The notes beneath the pieces are model-generated. The model made no database searches. It was given only the letters and a program-made list of their open reading frames with translations, and was not told where the DNA came from. A program made the position numbers and the translations under genes. Shown here in pieces: positions 42,208 through 52,388 of a DNA stretch of 64,000 nt. The stretch is taken from positions 960,001-1,024,000 of the forward strand of contig OZ244170.1 of NCBI GenBank assembly GCA_965216565.1, in the 5' to 3' direction. This DNA is from Bythopirellula sp. (GTDB lineage Bacteria; Planctomycetota; Planctomycetia; Pirellulales; Lacipirellulaceae). How positions within the stretch are numbered: the stretch's first letter is position 1; each line of letters begins with the position of its first letter.

Positions 42208-42777
42208 ATGTTGGGGGAGATCTGGGTGGTTTCGCGATTGTATATCTGGGGCGTGCTATGGCTGAGTGCTTCAGCGTGCACTGGCTGCTATAGCGCGATG
42301 AGCCCGTTGGGCTGCCACCCTCATCACGGATGCCCCGGAAACGGCGGCTGTGCCTTGAGAGAGCATGATTTGGGCGAGGCGCTCGATCGGTTCTGCACCG
42401 GAAAGTGCTTCTCTGCGAAGCAGTGCGTCAGTGATTGCGGTTGTGGAGTTGGCAATTGCGGATGCGAAGTCGAAGAATTGTGCGAACCACAGGTATCGGA
42501 CAATTGCCAAGGAATGTGCGTCACACAGTGCGAGGCGTGCGGACCAGGAGGCTGTCTGGGAGAGCATTGCCCGCTGCGAAGCTGCAATTTGCGGCTGGCC
42601 TGCAAGGTTGAGCCTGGACCACCGCCAGTAACTTGCCAGCCGCCCATGCCACCAACCTTCTTACCGGTGCCTACGCGGCCAGTCTTTTCTGCCGTGCCTC
42701 CGTATGGCTCGGGCGCATCGATCCCTTCGGTCGAATCTCACTGGGGACCTCAGCTATCAAGTCCAGGTCGAAACTAG
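42208..42777 (+). CDS. Cys-rich, Pro-rich putative lipoprotein
   Basis: Hydrophobic leader ending ACTGC, many Cys residues and a PPTFLPVPTRPVF tail. Start uncertain. Confidence 0.55.
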   Translation: MLGEIWVVSRLYIWGVLWLSASACTGCYSAMSPLGCHPHHGCPGNGGCALREHDLGEALDRFCTGKCFSAKQCVSDCGCGVGNCGCEVEELCEPQVSDNCQGMCVTQCEACGPGGCLGEHCPLRSCNLRLACKVEPGPPPVTCQPPMPPTFLPVPTRPVFSAVPPYGSGASIPSVESHWGPQLSSPGRN

Positions 42778-42918
42778 CGCTGTCTATGCTATCACGCATG
42801 ACAACCTAGGCGGACTGTGAGGGCGACAGGTCGTAACGCTGGAGCGGATGGTAGCGGCAGGCCGATTCCGATTCTGAACCCACCCGGCTGATCCCCCGCC
42901 TTTGCACATCGTCTATCG

Positions 42919-44340
42919 ATGCGCAGGACTAGATACGGACGACCCTTGATGCTCGACCCGCGCCTCCGCCTTGCCGCCCGTCTGTTTCGAAGTTTCCGCA
43001 CCCTCACGATGGGGCTCACGCTTCTGAGCTTATGTGTCGGCCAGACATTTGCTTCGGAGCGTTTCACACCCATCGTTCGAGCAGTGCAAGACTGCTCGCC
43101 TGCGGTCGTAAACATTCAAGGACAAAAGTCAGTTGCTGATCCAGCGGTTGCTGCTGGTCAACGGCAGGTCAACGGGATGGGGACCGGCGTGGTGATCGAT
43201 TCTCGCGGCTACATCTTAACCAATCACCATGTTGTGGATGGCGTGCGGCAAATCAATGTCACACTCGATGGCGGTCGGACGTACATCGCACGCATCGTGG
43301 CACGGGACCCCGAAACCGATTTGGCAATCATCCACATCAAATCCCCTGGTTCGCTACCCGTGGTCCAGTTTGGAACTTCCGACGACTTGATGCCAGGCGA
43401 AACCGTAATCGCCGTCGGCAATGCCTTCGGCTACGAGCATACAGTGACCCGTGGGATTATCAGTGCTTTGCACCGCAACGTGCAAGTGAACGAAACGCAA
43501 CAGTACCTGGATCTCATCCAAACCGATGCGAGTATCAATCCAGGCAACAGCGGTGGGCCGCTATTGAATATTGAAGGCAAGATGATTGGCGTCAACGTCG
43601 CGGTGCGAGCCGGTGCTCAGGGTATTGGGTTTGCCATTCCCATCGACAAGGCGCTCGATGTGGCAGCGCGAATTCTCAATATCGAAGAAGTTGACAATCA
43701 CTGGCACGGAATGACAGCGCTATCGGCTGACGGGCCACGAGGGCCAGTTTCTGTGGCTCGGGTGAAAAAGAATAGCCCGGCACTTTCTGGCGGAATCCAG
43801 CGAGGCGATTTGCTGCAACGCATTGGCACTGTCGATATTCAGCGCCCCATGGATGTCGAGCGGGCTTTCTTAGGTCGGCGAGCTGGTGAGAAAATTGCTG
43901 TCGTCGTTCGCCGCAACAAAGAGACGGTCCACTTGAATCTGACACTGGCGAACTACCCAGGCGGTCGCAAAGTGGCCAAATCTTCGTCCTCGCCAGTGAC
44001 CAGTACCTTGGGCGACGCCACTTGGGACGCGCTGGGAATGGCGTTGGAGCAGGCACCCCGCAGCGAGCTGAGGAAGTCGGGCGTCGCCTATCAGGGAGGC
44101 ATGAAAGTGGTTGCCGTGCGACCGGGGAGCTCAGCAGCCCAACAAGGGGTTCGAGAAGGAGACATCCTTGTCCGCATGCACCGCTGGAAAGTCGACTCGC
44201 TGAGAGATGTGCGCTACATTGTCGAACGAGCCGATACGCTGTCTCGCACAGGCGAAGTAAAATTCTACATCGTACGCGGCAACGATACCTTCTATGGCCA
44301 TATGGAAGTTGCAAGCGCCAAGACATCTAAACGTCGCTAA
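42919..44340 (+). CDS. HtrA/DegP-like trypsin serine protease with two PDZ domains
   Basis: ILTNHHVV, TDLAII and IQTDASINPGNSGGPL provide the catalytic triad. The true start is probably a little downstream. Confidence 0.93.
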   Translation: MRRTRYGRPLMLDPRLRLAARLFRSFRTLTMGLTLLSLCVGQTFASERFTPIVRAVQDCSPAVVNIQGQKSVADPAVAAGQRQVNGMGTGVVIDSRGYILTNHHVVDGVRQINVTLDGGRTYIARIVARDPETDLAIIHIKSPGSLPVVQFGTSDDLMPGETVIAVGNAFGYEHTVTRGIISALHRNVQVNETQQYLDLIQTDASINPGNSGGPLLNIEGKMIGVNVAVRAGAQGIGFAIPIDKALDVAARILNIEEVDNHWHGMTALSADGPRGPVSVARVKKNSPALSGGIQRGDLLQRIGTVDIQRPMDVERAFLGRRAGEKIAVVVRRNKETVHLNLTLANYPGGRKVAKSSSSPVTSTLGDATWDALGMALEQAPRSELRKSGVAYQGGMKVVAVRPGSSAAQQGVREGDILVRMHRWKVDSLRDVRYIVERADTLSRTGEVKFYIVRGNDTFYGHMEVASAKTSKRR

Positions 44341-44459
44341 GTAGGTGCGCGAACTCATCAGTTCGACGTAACCCATCACTACCAGCCGAGTGTAGTCTGG
44401 TCCTCCCTCACTAGGGTTATCCTCGCAAGAATTTTCTCACATCAAACTCGGAAAAACGG

Positions 44460-44487
44460 TTGACCGAATCGGGAACCCGCTTAAGTT
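44460..44487 (+). promoter_or_regulatory. Candidate sigma70 promoter
   Basis: TTGACC-16 nt-TAAGTT about 260 bp upstream of the PEP-CTERM gene. Confidence 0.3.
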
Positions 44488-44744
44488 GAAGGTAGAACGC
44501 TGTAAGCTTCTGCTTTCTTGGGGGGACGAAGCTAGTGAATCTCACATTTCTCAAAGATGGGGCGTAAATTCTTCGCGCCTCGCGGAAATAGTTGCGGTCA
44601 GATTCTCAGATCGCGGTAGTCCGATCACTGCATAGACGCAGATTTCCTACGATTAGCTGGTCATGTTTTCGCTGCGCTAGTGGTGCACGCTGACGAGCTA
44701 TCGATTCCCTTACTTGCGCAAAAAGCGCTGGAGGTCAGTTCATC

Positions 44745-45428
44745 ATGAATTTGAGCCTAAGTCGTCGTCCATTCCTGGTTACCACTGTAGTAGTTTCTCT
44801 TCTCACCCTCGTAAACAGTCAAAGCCAAGCAACTATTGTGGGGGCACAATCGTTCGGCGATGAATTGGATGGGGCACGAATTATCGTGACATTTGCTCAG
44901 CAAGGTGCTCAGGCGACGACCATCAATGCGAATGGTCCAGGTACTGGCACAGCGAATTTGCCAAACTTGTTCACCTTCGAGGTATCGGGTGACACCTTCC
45001 TGAACACATGGAAACTATCTAACGACACGACATTCGACTCGATCCGACTTGTTGAATTCGACCTGTCCACTACGTCTGCCACAGACCCCAATGGGGTGAT
45101 TCACTCACCGGGCGTACTATTTGACGATGGAACGTCGCCGAGCACACCTGACGGATTTGCCGGCCGAGCAGGGGCTCAGTATGTGTCTGGGCCACTGATA
45201 CTCAACAGCTTTGAGTCTGGCTTGTGGGGCGATGCGATGAATACAGGTGACGAATACGTCAAAGAGACAATTGAATACAGCAGTTTTGGACCGTTGGAAA
45301 CTTCTGTCTGGCGCGACGACACCGATATCGTCGGAACCAACACTGGTCCGGAATTGCCCGAGCCGGGTTCCGCCATGTTGTGGATGCTGGCTACTGCATG
45401 CGTGGGGCTAGGTCGCAGTCGAAAATAA
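44745..45428 (+). CDS. PEP-CTERM surface protein
   Basis: GGAGG RBS, signal peptide (...SQA) and C-terminal LPEPGSAMLWMLATACVGLGRSRK. Confidence 0.88.
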   Translation: MNLSLSRRPFLVTTVVVSLLTLVNSQSQATIVGAQSFGDELDGARIIVTFAQQGAQATTINANGPGTGTANLPNLFTFEVSGDTFLNTWKLSNDTTFDSIRLVEFDLSTTSATDPNGVIHSPGVLFDDGTSPSTPDGFAGRAGAQYVSGPLILNSFESGLWGDAMNTGDEYVKETIEYSSFGPLETSVWRDDTDIVGTNTGPELPEPGSAMLWMLATACVGLGRSRK

Positions 45429-45466
45429 TGCAGAGTTTTAGAACCGCTAGATCCAAGTATCAATTG

Positions 45467-45499
45467 CTGGATGGTCTTGCGGGGCCATCCAGTAGTTTT
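45467..45499 (+). terminator. Terminator-like hairpin between convergent genes
   Basis: ctggatggtct-tgcg-gggccatccag followed by tagtttt. Confidence 0.55.
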
Positions 45500-45553
45500 C
45501 CTTGCTGGGTAATCCGAGAAGGTTCCAAATTCACTTTCGGCCGCCGCAGAGGA

Positions 45554-46729
45554 TCACTCTATTCGTTTCCGCAGAGATTCTTCCACGTCTTTTGGTAAAC
45601 CACGATTTAAGGACTCGAACCGTTTTTGGTTTAGGCCACCACCTTCGCGGACAGACTGGTCCTCTGGGAAGCGGATATGGATGATGATGGCGGGCGTACC
45701 GATGCCAAACGACTTGAATCTGCCGATGAACTTCACTTGCTCTCCCTTCTTGAAAGGTTGAACGCTATCCTCGAAGTCCTTATCAAGTGTAAAAACAATG
45801 TCGAAGGGATCAGGCGGATAAAGGTATTTGAAATAGATCGCGTTTCCCGCCTTTTGGGGCAGATCTTCGTCGAGCATGCCAGTCCACATCACTTCGCCGA
45901 TCCTTTGCACTGCCACATTCGATTTTGCTTGAATCTCCTGCGACTGCTCGCGGGTCACTTGTCCATTTCTAGACTGGACCTCAAGTGACAGTAATTCCCA
46001 CTGCCATCGAAGGTCCTGTAGATTCCCCCATTCAATCTTCCAGTTTGACATGTCATCTACGTCACCTTCAGGATTGATTGGTATGGAGGAGAAGTTCTTA
46101 ATGAATGCGTCGTAGCTCGTCCTCCACGCCGCATTATCTGGCAGCACTGGTGTGTTGAGATCCGGCTTTTGTAAATCATTCGTTGCGATTGGACGAATCG
46201 AAAAACTATCCAAGCCAGGTCTCTTTCGTTGCTCCGAGGGCTGGGGACTGTCTTGAGTGCGCTCCGCTCTTGCGTATTCCTGGCTTGCCGAGCGTGGTTC
46301 GCCGGTAGAATTCGATTCGTCTTCCGTTGCTGCAGACTCACCCACCAGCTCTTCAACTGCTTCGCGAGCCTTAGCGATACGCTTTAGAAGAGTCTGAGCA
46401 CTCTTGTCGAGTTTCTCGATCGGGACATCAACCAGTTTCTCCGTCCGCTCTTCGCCATTTGGCACTAATACCAAAAGCTGGATAGAACTCAGGTCGGGTG
46501 CATGCCCGACGTACTTGCCATAGGTGGAATGCTTGCCAGAAGCCGAATTCCATTGGCGGAGTCGAATCAAGCCTTCCCATCTCTTCGCCAGTGATCGTGC
46601 TTTGGTTGTTTCCAGCTTTTCCAGGTTTTCTAGCAGAACTTCAGCGTCATTAAGTTCTGCGGCAAACGCAGGTGCCATGAGTAGCATGGCGAGCGAAGCC
46701 AGCGCAAGTGATCTGAAGAATGGTCCCAT
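45554..46729 (-). CDS. Secreted hypothetical protein with an SHD1-like N-terminal motif
   Basis: Signal peptide (MGPFF...PAFA) and RQWNSASGKHSTYGKY...VPIEKLDKSAQ, resembling the SHD1 motif. The C-terminus may be OB-fold-like. Confidence 0.6.
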   Translation of the reverse strand: MGPFFRSLALASLAMLLMAPAFAAELNDAEVLLENLEKLETTKARSLAKRWEGLIRLRQWNSASGKHSTYGKYVGHAPDLSSIQLLVLVPNGEERTEKLVDVPIEKLDKSAQTLLKRIAKAREAVEELVGESAATEDESNSTGEPRSASQEYARAERTQDSPQPSEQRKRPGLDSFSIRPIATNDLQKPDLNTPVLPDNAAWRTSYDAFIKNFSSIPINPEGDVDDMSNWKIEWGNLQDLRWQWELLSLEVQSRNGQVTREQSQEIQAKSNVAVQRIGEVMWTGMLDEDLPQKAGNAIYFKYLYPPDPFDIVFTLDKDFEDSVQPFKKGEQVKFIGRFKSFGIGTPAIIIHIRFPEDQSVREGGGLNQKRFESLNRGLPKDVEESLRKRIE

Positions 46730-46803
46730 GGCAGTCTCCCGCTGTGTGCGCACAACGGTCGGTACGCATTGGTGTTGCTCGATTTTCCGACAAACCGGTG
46801 ACG

Positions 46804-48291
46804 CTACCGAAGTGAAACCGTGACCGTCTTGTTTTCGGTATAAGCTTCGAGTCCAGCTTCGCCAAGCTCGCGACCTAAGCCGCTTTCTTTGAAGCCACCA
46901 AACGGTGCTGCGGCGTCGAATACGTCATAACAGTTGACCCACACGGTACCGGCACGAACCTTTTCGGCAAAGCGATGGGCTTTGCCGATGTCGCGTGTCC
47001 AAACAGCAGCCGCCAGGCCAAAGTTGGAGTTGTTCGCCCGTGCTGCAACTTCTTCGACGTCGCTGAACTTCAGCACACTTAAGAAAGGCCCGAAAATTTC
47101 CTCACGGGCAATTCGCATTTCGTCGGTAACGTTCGTAAACAAGGTCGGCTCGACGTAGTAACCTTGGTCGCCATGTCGCTTACCACCTGTCACGCAAGTG
47201 GCACCGTCTTCTTTGCCGTAATCAACGTATTGAAGAATCTTGTCGAATTGGGCCTGATCCACCTGCGGGCCTTGCTCGGTATCCAGGTCGAACGGGTCGC
47301 CCAGCTTGCGGGAATCGTTCATGTCCTTCAGTCGATCGATGACCTCGTCGTGGACCTTGTCTTCGACGAACAACCGACTGCCTGCACAGCAACACTGGCC
47401 CTGGTTGAAATAGATTGCCATGTGGGCACCCTTGGCAGCAGCATCCAAATCCGAGTCGGCAAAGATCACATTCGGACTCTTGCCACCCAATTCAAAGGTC
47501 AGCCGCTTCATTGTCTCTGTGGCTTCACGCTGAATAATTTTGGCAGTCGAGAGCTCGCCTGTAAAAGCAACCTTGTCGATGCCTGGATGCTTGACGATCG
47601 ATCCGCCAGCGGTGGGGCCAAACCCGGGCACCACGTTGATCACACCGTCTGGAATCCCCGCCTTCTGAGCGAGACGAGCCATTCTCAAACAGGTCAGCGG
47701 AGTTTGCTCGGCAGGTTTCATCACGATGGTGCAACCCGCGGCAAGTGCCGGTCCCCACTTCCAGGCTGCCATCAGTGCTGGAAAGTTCCAAGGAATAATC
47801 TGGCCCACGACGCCGACCGGTTCCCGCTTGGTGTAGCACAAGAAGTCTCCGCGAATTGGGATCGTACTTCCTTGAATCTTGTCTGCCCAACCGGCGTAAT
47901 AACGGATGCAATCGATCACCAATGCGATATCGGCATTTCGAGCGTCGCTGACTGGCTTGCCGTTGTCCAGGGTTTCGAGCGCAGCCAATTCGTCGGCTTC
48001 TGCCTCGAGTTCGTCAGCCAGTTTATGCATGAGGTGGCCACGATCTCGCGCATCCATCTTCGACCATTCACCACCATCGAATTGGGCCCGCGCGGCATCA
48101 ACAGCTAGATCGACGTCTTCCTTATCGCCTTCAGCCACCTGCGCGATGACTTCTTCTGTGGCCGGATGAATTGTGTCGAACGTCTTGCCACTAGCCGCAG
48201 GAAGCCATTTACCACCGATGAAGCACTGCGTTTGCTTGATCTCGGGGCGAGCTATTTTCTGGGATTCTGATTGTTGGGCGGTCGAGGCCAT
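46804..48291 (-). CDS. NAD-dependent aldehyde dehydrogenase
   Basis: [35 protein letters not shown] and PFGGFKESG. Confidence 0.96.
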   Translation of the reverse strand: MASTAQQSESQKIARPEIKQTQCFIGGKWLPAASGKTFDTIHPATEEVIAQVAEGDKEDVDLAVDAARAQFDGGEWSKMDARDRGHLMHKLADELEAEADELAALETLDNGKPVSDARNADIALVIDCIRYYAGWADKIQGSTIPIRGDFLCYTKREPVGVVGQIIPWNFPALMAAWKWGPALAAGCTIVMKPAEQTPLTCLRMARLAQKAGIPDGVINVVPGFGPTAGGSIVKHPGIDKVAFTGELSTAKIIQREATETMKRLTFELGGKSPNVIFADSDLDAAAKGAHMAIYFNQGQCCCAGSRLFVEDKVHDEVIDRLKDMNDSRKLGDPFDLDTEQGPQVDQAQFDKILQYVDYGKEDGATCVTGGKRHGDQGYYVEPTLFTNVTDEMRIAREEIFGPFLSVLKFSDVEEVAARANNSNFGLAAAVWTRDIGKAHRFAEKVRAGTVWVNCYDVFDAAAPFGGFKESGLGRELGEAGLEAYTENKTVTVSLR

Positions 48292-48472
48292 GGAAAGTTT
48301 CCTCCACGAATAAATAGAAAAAGCTTGGCTGATTACTTCTGACTAGACCCCTGATTGTATGCTATTCGGGGGGGCGGTGGCTAGATGGCGCCATCCTAGG
48401 TAGGGCCGCAAAGACCACGCAATCGCGCTACAACACCATCTTTTGCTGCTAAACGGTTGCGGTTTCTACTGA

Positions 48473-49516
48473 TTAGCTGTGCGCTTCGGCAACCTGAGAC
48501 GCGGCTGCGCTGCCGTTGAACGAAGTCGAGTTCTTTCGATAGATCACACCATGATCGACTTCAGAAAAACCAAGAGCGGCATAGAATTCCTTGGCTGATT
48601 CGTTGGTGTCCATCGTTTGTGCTTCGACAGTCGAAACTCCGCGACGCCTGAGGATTCGGAAAGCTTCGTTCATCAACAGGCTTGCACAGCCTTGGCGTCG
48701 GTAGTCGGGATCGATTTGCAGGTCGCAGAGACCGGCTGTGCAGATTCCCCAACTCATCGAGAGTGGTTGGACATCCCAGAACGAGGCATGGCCAATCAAT
48801 TCCCCGTCTTTTTTGTCGACTAATTCAAATCGGTCTCGCTCATGCGATCCCCACACGCAAGCTTCCCACCAATCTTTGGAACAGGGGTCGGTTTGCTCCC
48901 GGACCACCGTCTTGAACCGCCACTGTCGAACTTTCCGGGTAACCAGCGGACGAAAGTGTACGAGATCGCAATGCTGAATGTTGACTCGTGCCGACTCGAC
49001 ATAGCCATTTCTTATGCAGGCATTGTGCAGCAAGCTGTTGGAGCAGAGTACGCCGGGAATTTCGCTGCCGCCATAGAGGCCCAGGTAGAACGAATTCATT
49101 GGCTTGATGCCGCCGGCATAGAAAACATTTGCCCCGCGGTTACGCAAATAGTTTTCGCTGGCGGCAAGTAAATCGTCGACTAAGGCATCGTCTTCTTCGC
49201 CACTGCGAATCATGAGCATCAGCGTCGTGCCCATGCTGGTGTCGATGCCACTGCCATCCTCGCTCGGCCCAAAGCCCGCATGAACAAAACCAACCGGTTC
49301 GTCGTTCTTGGTAGCAACGATCAACCCTTGCCGATCGAAGTGCATTTTTGAGAAGACAGAATATTCCAAGAGGGGTGCCGTGATCGGCTGCAGCAGGCCT
49401 CGCTGTGGCGGCTGGCTACGCCAGATGGCCGCAATGTGCGGCGGGTCGGTATTTCTAAAAGGCCTTAGCTGATACACGACTGATGCAAACGGGGGGAAGG
49501 TGGGGCAGGACAGCAT
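48473..49516 (-). CDS. Tandem GNAT acetyltransferase
   Basis: IDPDYRRQGCAS acetyl-CoA motif and NESAKEFYAALGF. Confidence 0.85.
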   Translation of the reverse strand: MLSCPTFPPFASVVYQLRPFRNTDPPHIAAIWRSQPPQRGLLQPITAPLLEYSVFSKMHFDRQGLIVATKNDEPVGFVHAGFGPSEDGSGIDTSMGTTLMLMIRSGEEDDALVDDLLAASENYLRNRGANVFYAGGIKPMNSFYLGLYGGSEIPGVLCSNSLLHNACIRNGYVESARVNIQHCDLVHFRPLVTRKVRQWRFKTVVREQTDPCSKDWWEACVWGSHERDRFELVDKKDGELIGHASFWDVQPLSMSWGICTAGLCDLQIDPDYRRQGCASLLMNEAFRILRRRGVSTVEAQTMDTNESAKEFYAALGFSEVDHGVIYRKNSTSFNGSAAASQVAEAHS

Positions 49517-49628
49517 TCATTGAGGAAGGCTCCTCGATAAGCCTCCGGCTGAAGTAATTATCGCAAGACTGGCGCTTGTCGCAAGTCAAAAGCGAAATTG
49601 CCCCCCCGAACGCACGGCTCAAAGCAGC

Positions 49629-50567
49629 CTATGCCGCTCGTCTCGCCCGCTTTGCCTGGCGAATCGCTCTTCTGTCTCGAGGCTGACTCTTCCACCGACG
49701 ATGCACCCACCAATATTGGTCTGGAGCCTGTCGAATGAGTCCCTCTAAGCGGTTGGTGTACCACTTTGTTAGCTCGGGCAGGCTACCGTAGGCGAAGTCA
49801 TCTTCCTCCGGATCCACCACTTCGGAAACACGCAAATCGAACTTAAGCGGTTCCTTTCTCAAGCAAGCACACAAGGCGGTCGGTACGTTGCCACTAAGCG
49901 TAAAGAGCCCTACCGCTTTGTGGGTAGAAGCAGGTTTCCCAAAAAAGTCGACCCAGCAGCCCCGGGGCCCGGCATCTTGGTCGCCCAAGAGTCCGAGTGC
50001 TCCCCCCCGATTGAGAAGGTCTTCAATCTCTTGGCTACTGCCGCGCTTTGAAAGCATGTATTGGCCGGTTGACTCTCGGAAATCCTGGAAGAATTTGTCG
50101 AGATAGCGATTGTCCAATGGCCGAGCGATTGTGTGCGTTGGAAATCCATGCATGGCGATCAGATAGCCACCCATTTCAAAATTGCCCAGATGTCCGCAAA
50201 TAATCACCGTCGGCCGTTCGTCCAGCATCCGCCGGAGCAGTGCGTTCATGCGGGGACTATCGGTATGATCGCGGAGGTTCGTCCGATGGACCTTTCTTGG
50301 TGTGTGGGCGATTTCCATAATCATCAGGAACAGGTGTTGCCACATGCCGATAGCAATGCGATCTCTCTGTTCGTCGGAAAGCTGAGGGAAAGCAGTACGC
50401 AGATTTTCCTCAACCACGTGGCGCCGGAGACGAAGTACCTTCCAACAGAAGTGGCCCAGGTGGTTGGAAATGCTCTGGCACGCGGCGACAGGTAATGCCT
50501 GGACAACGCACAAGAAGGCCCGCACCACGAGATAGGCCGAATAGTCGATTATAGATTTAGCGCGCAT
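49629..50567 (-). CDS. Lipid A late acyltransferase (LpxL/HtrB family)
   Basis: GHLGNFE, LGDQDAG, FFG and PDQYWWVHRRWK. Confidence 0.9.
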   Translation of the reverse strand: MRAKSIIDYSAYLVVRAFLCVVQALPVAACQSISNHLGHFCWKVLRLRRHVVEENLRTAFPQLSDEQRDRIAIGMWQHLFLMIMEIAHTPRKVHRTNLRDHTDSPRMNALLRRMLDERPTVIICGHLGNFEMGGYLIAMHGFPTHTIARPLDNRYLDKFFQDFRESTGQYMLSKRGSSQEIEDLLNRGGALGLLGDQDAGPRGCWVDFFGKPASTHKAVGLFTLSGNVPTALCACLRKEPLKFDLRVSEVVDPEEDDFAYGSLPELTKWYTNRLEGLIRQAPDQYWWVHRRWKSQPRDRRAIRQAKRARRAA

Positions 50568-50761
50568 GAAGCCTCCTTGCCACTGCTGAGAGGATTGTGC
50601 AAGAAAATCCTGGTTTTTGGAAAGAGCGATTCTTGCCATTCATTGCCGTCACCTGCTAGCGTTTGCCTTGAACCGGCGGATAACTTCTGCTCGATTAGAC
50701 ATCTGCAGTCTGCCCTGGCTGTCCGAGAAACACCCGAAACCCTTTGCAAATTGAGTGAAGC

Positions 50762-51244
50762 TTGAGCTATCAGCCGCAACTACACATTGTCCTCTACCAG
50801 CCCGAGATTCCGTACAATACGGGAAGCGTTGGCCGCACGTGTGTGGCTGTCGCGGCAAAGCTGTGGCTCGTTCGGCCACTCGGCTTTCGGGTAGACGACT
50901 ACTACCTGCGTCGCGCGGGGCTCGACTACTGGCAGCATCTAGAGTGGCAAGTGGCCGACGACTGGGCCGATTTGCAGAAGCAGCTTGCCGGCCACGATTT
51001 TTGGTATTTCACAAAAAAAGCGACGCGGCACTACACGGACGCCGAATTTCAAGCTCAGGCCGTCATCGTCTTTGGCAGCGAGTCCAAGGGCCTGCCCGAC
51101 GAGGTTTTGGAGGCGAATCCGGAAAAGAATCTTAGAATTCCTACCCGACCAGAGGTTCGCAGCCTAAATCTTTCCAATTCGGTGGCGGTAGCCACTTACG
51201 AGGCAATTCGACAGGGCCATCTCGGCGATACGGGTGCGTCTTGA
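50762..51244 (+). CDS. trmL: tRNA (cytidine/uridine34-2'-O)-methyltransferase
   Basis: PEIPYNTG, PLGF, RRAGLDYW, FGSESKGLP and RSLNLSNS. Confidence 0.95.
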   Translation: MSYQPQLHIVLYQPEIPYNTGSVGRTCVAVAAKLWLVRPLGFRVDDYYLRRAGLDYWQHLEWQVADDWADLQKQLAGHDFWYFTKKATRHYTDAEFQAQAVIVFGSESKGLPDEVLEANPEKNLRIPTRPEVRSLNLSNSVAVATYEAIRQGHLGDTGAS

Positions 51245-51477
51245 AAGAAATTTCCCCAGATCCGACGTTTTCGGCAGATTTTTGTCTAACATGGCCCGAT
51301 GTTTGGCGCTTTAGAGGATGAGGTTGACTGCCACTGGCTCTATAGTCGATGTCGAAATTGGGTGTATCCCAGCCGCGACACGGCTCATCCGAAGCAACAT
51401 CGGACAACGTGCCGAATTGACGAACTGCACTGAACCCGTCACCATAAGGTTCTGTAGGAAATGGGTATTTTAGAATT

Positions 51478-52356
51478 ATGACACTGGTAAGTGGCTTCGA
51501 GAAAATTGTCAGGCTCAATGAGCCGCTCGCTAACCGCACCTGGCTGAAGCTAGGTGGGCAGGCGGAGTTCTTTGCCGAACCGAAATCGGTCGACGAGCTG
51601 GCAGCCTTGGTTAGGCGTTGTTACGAGGAAAACGTCCCCATTCGAATTCTCGGTGGCGGGTCCAACGTGTTGATCCGCGACGATGGCCTCTCTGGCATGG
51701 TGGTGAATCTATCGCACCCCTATTTCTCAGAGATTCAAGTCGGTCTGGGTAACCTGGTTGCCGGAGGCGGAGCGACACTGGCACACGCTATTAGCGAAAC
51801 GGTCCGTGCAGGTCTATCGGGTCTCGAGCCGCTCGTTGGCATTCCCGGTACCATTGGCGGGGCGTTGCATGGCAACTCCGGCACGCGGGGCGGCGACATC
51901 GGCCAATGGGCCTGTCGCGCGACTGTCATGACTCGCAGTGGCGAGATTGTGCAGCGTGATCGCGAAGACTTGGTATTCGCCTATCGCCAAAGCAGCTTGG
52001 ACGAATTGGTCATCCTGAGTGCCGAATTCCAGTTGGACGAAGACGATCCTGCTCAGCTCACCAAACGCATGCAGAAACAATGGATTGTGAAGAAGGCCGG
52101 ACAGCCTTTGTCGCACCAAAACGTGGCTCCCGTATTCAAGAATCCTCGCGGCATGAGCGCCGGAATGTTGATTGATCAAGCGGGACTCAAAGGCACAAAA
52201 TTGGGCGGCCTGGAAGTGAGTCAGCGTCACGCTAATTTCATCATCGCCGGCGAAGGAGCATCGAGCCAAGATGCCCTCAGGCTGATTGACATGATTCGAA
52301 GCCGAGTTGCCGAGCGACTGGGCGTTGAGTTGGAGACGGAACTAGAAATCTGGTAA
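51478..52356 (+). CDS. murB: UDP-N-acetylenolpyruvoylglucosamine reductase
   Basis: GGQAE, LGGGSNVL, GIPGTIGGA, FAYRQS, VFKNP, HANF and LETE. Confidence 0.95.
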   Translation: MTLVSGFEKIVRLNEPLANRTWLKLGGQAEFFAEPKSVDELAALVRRCYEENVPIRILGGGSNVLIRDDGLSGMVVNLSHPYFSEIQVGLGNLVAGGGATLAHAISETVRAGLSGLEPLVGIPGTIGGALHGNSGTRGGDIGQWACRATVMTRSGEIVQRDREDLVFAYRQSSLDELVILSAEFQLDEDDPAQLTKRMQKQWIVKKAGQPLSHQNVAPVFKNPRGMSAGMLIDQAGLKGTKLGGLEVSQRHANFIIAGEGASSQDALRLIDMIRSRVAERLGVELETELEIW

Positions 52357-52388
52357 CCGCTACTTAAGCAGCGCACGGAGGTGTTGCC

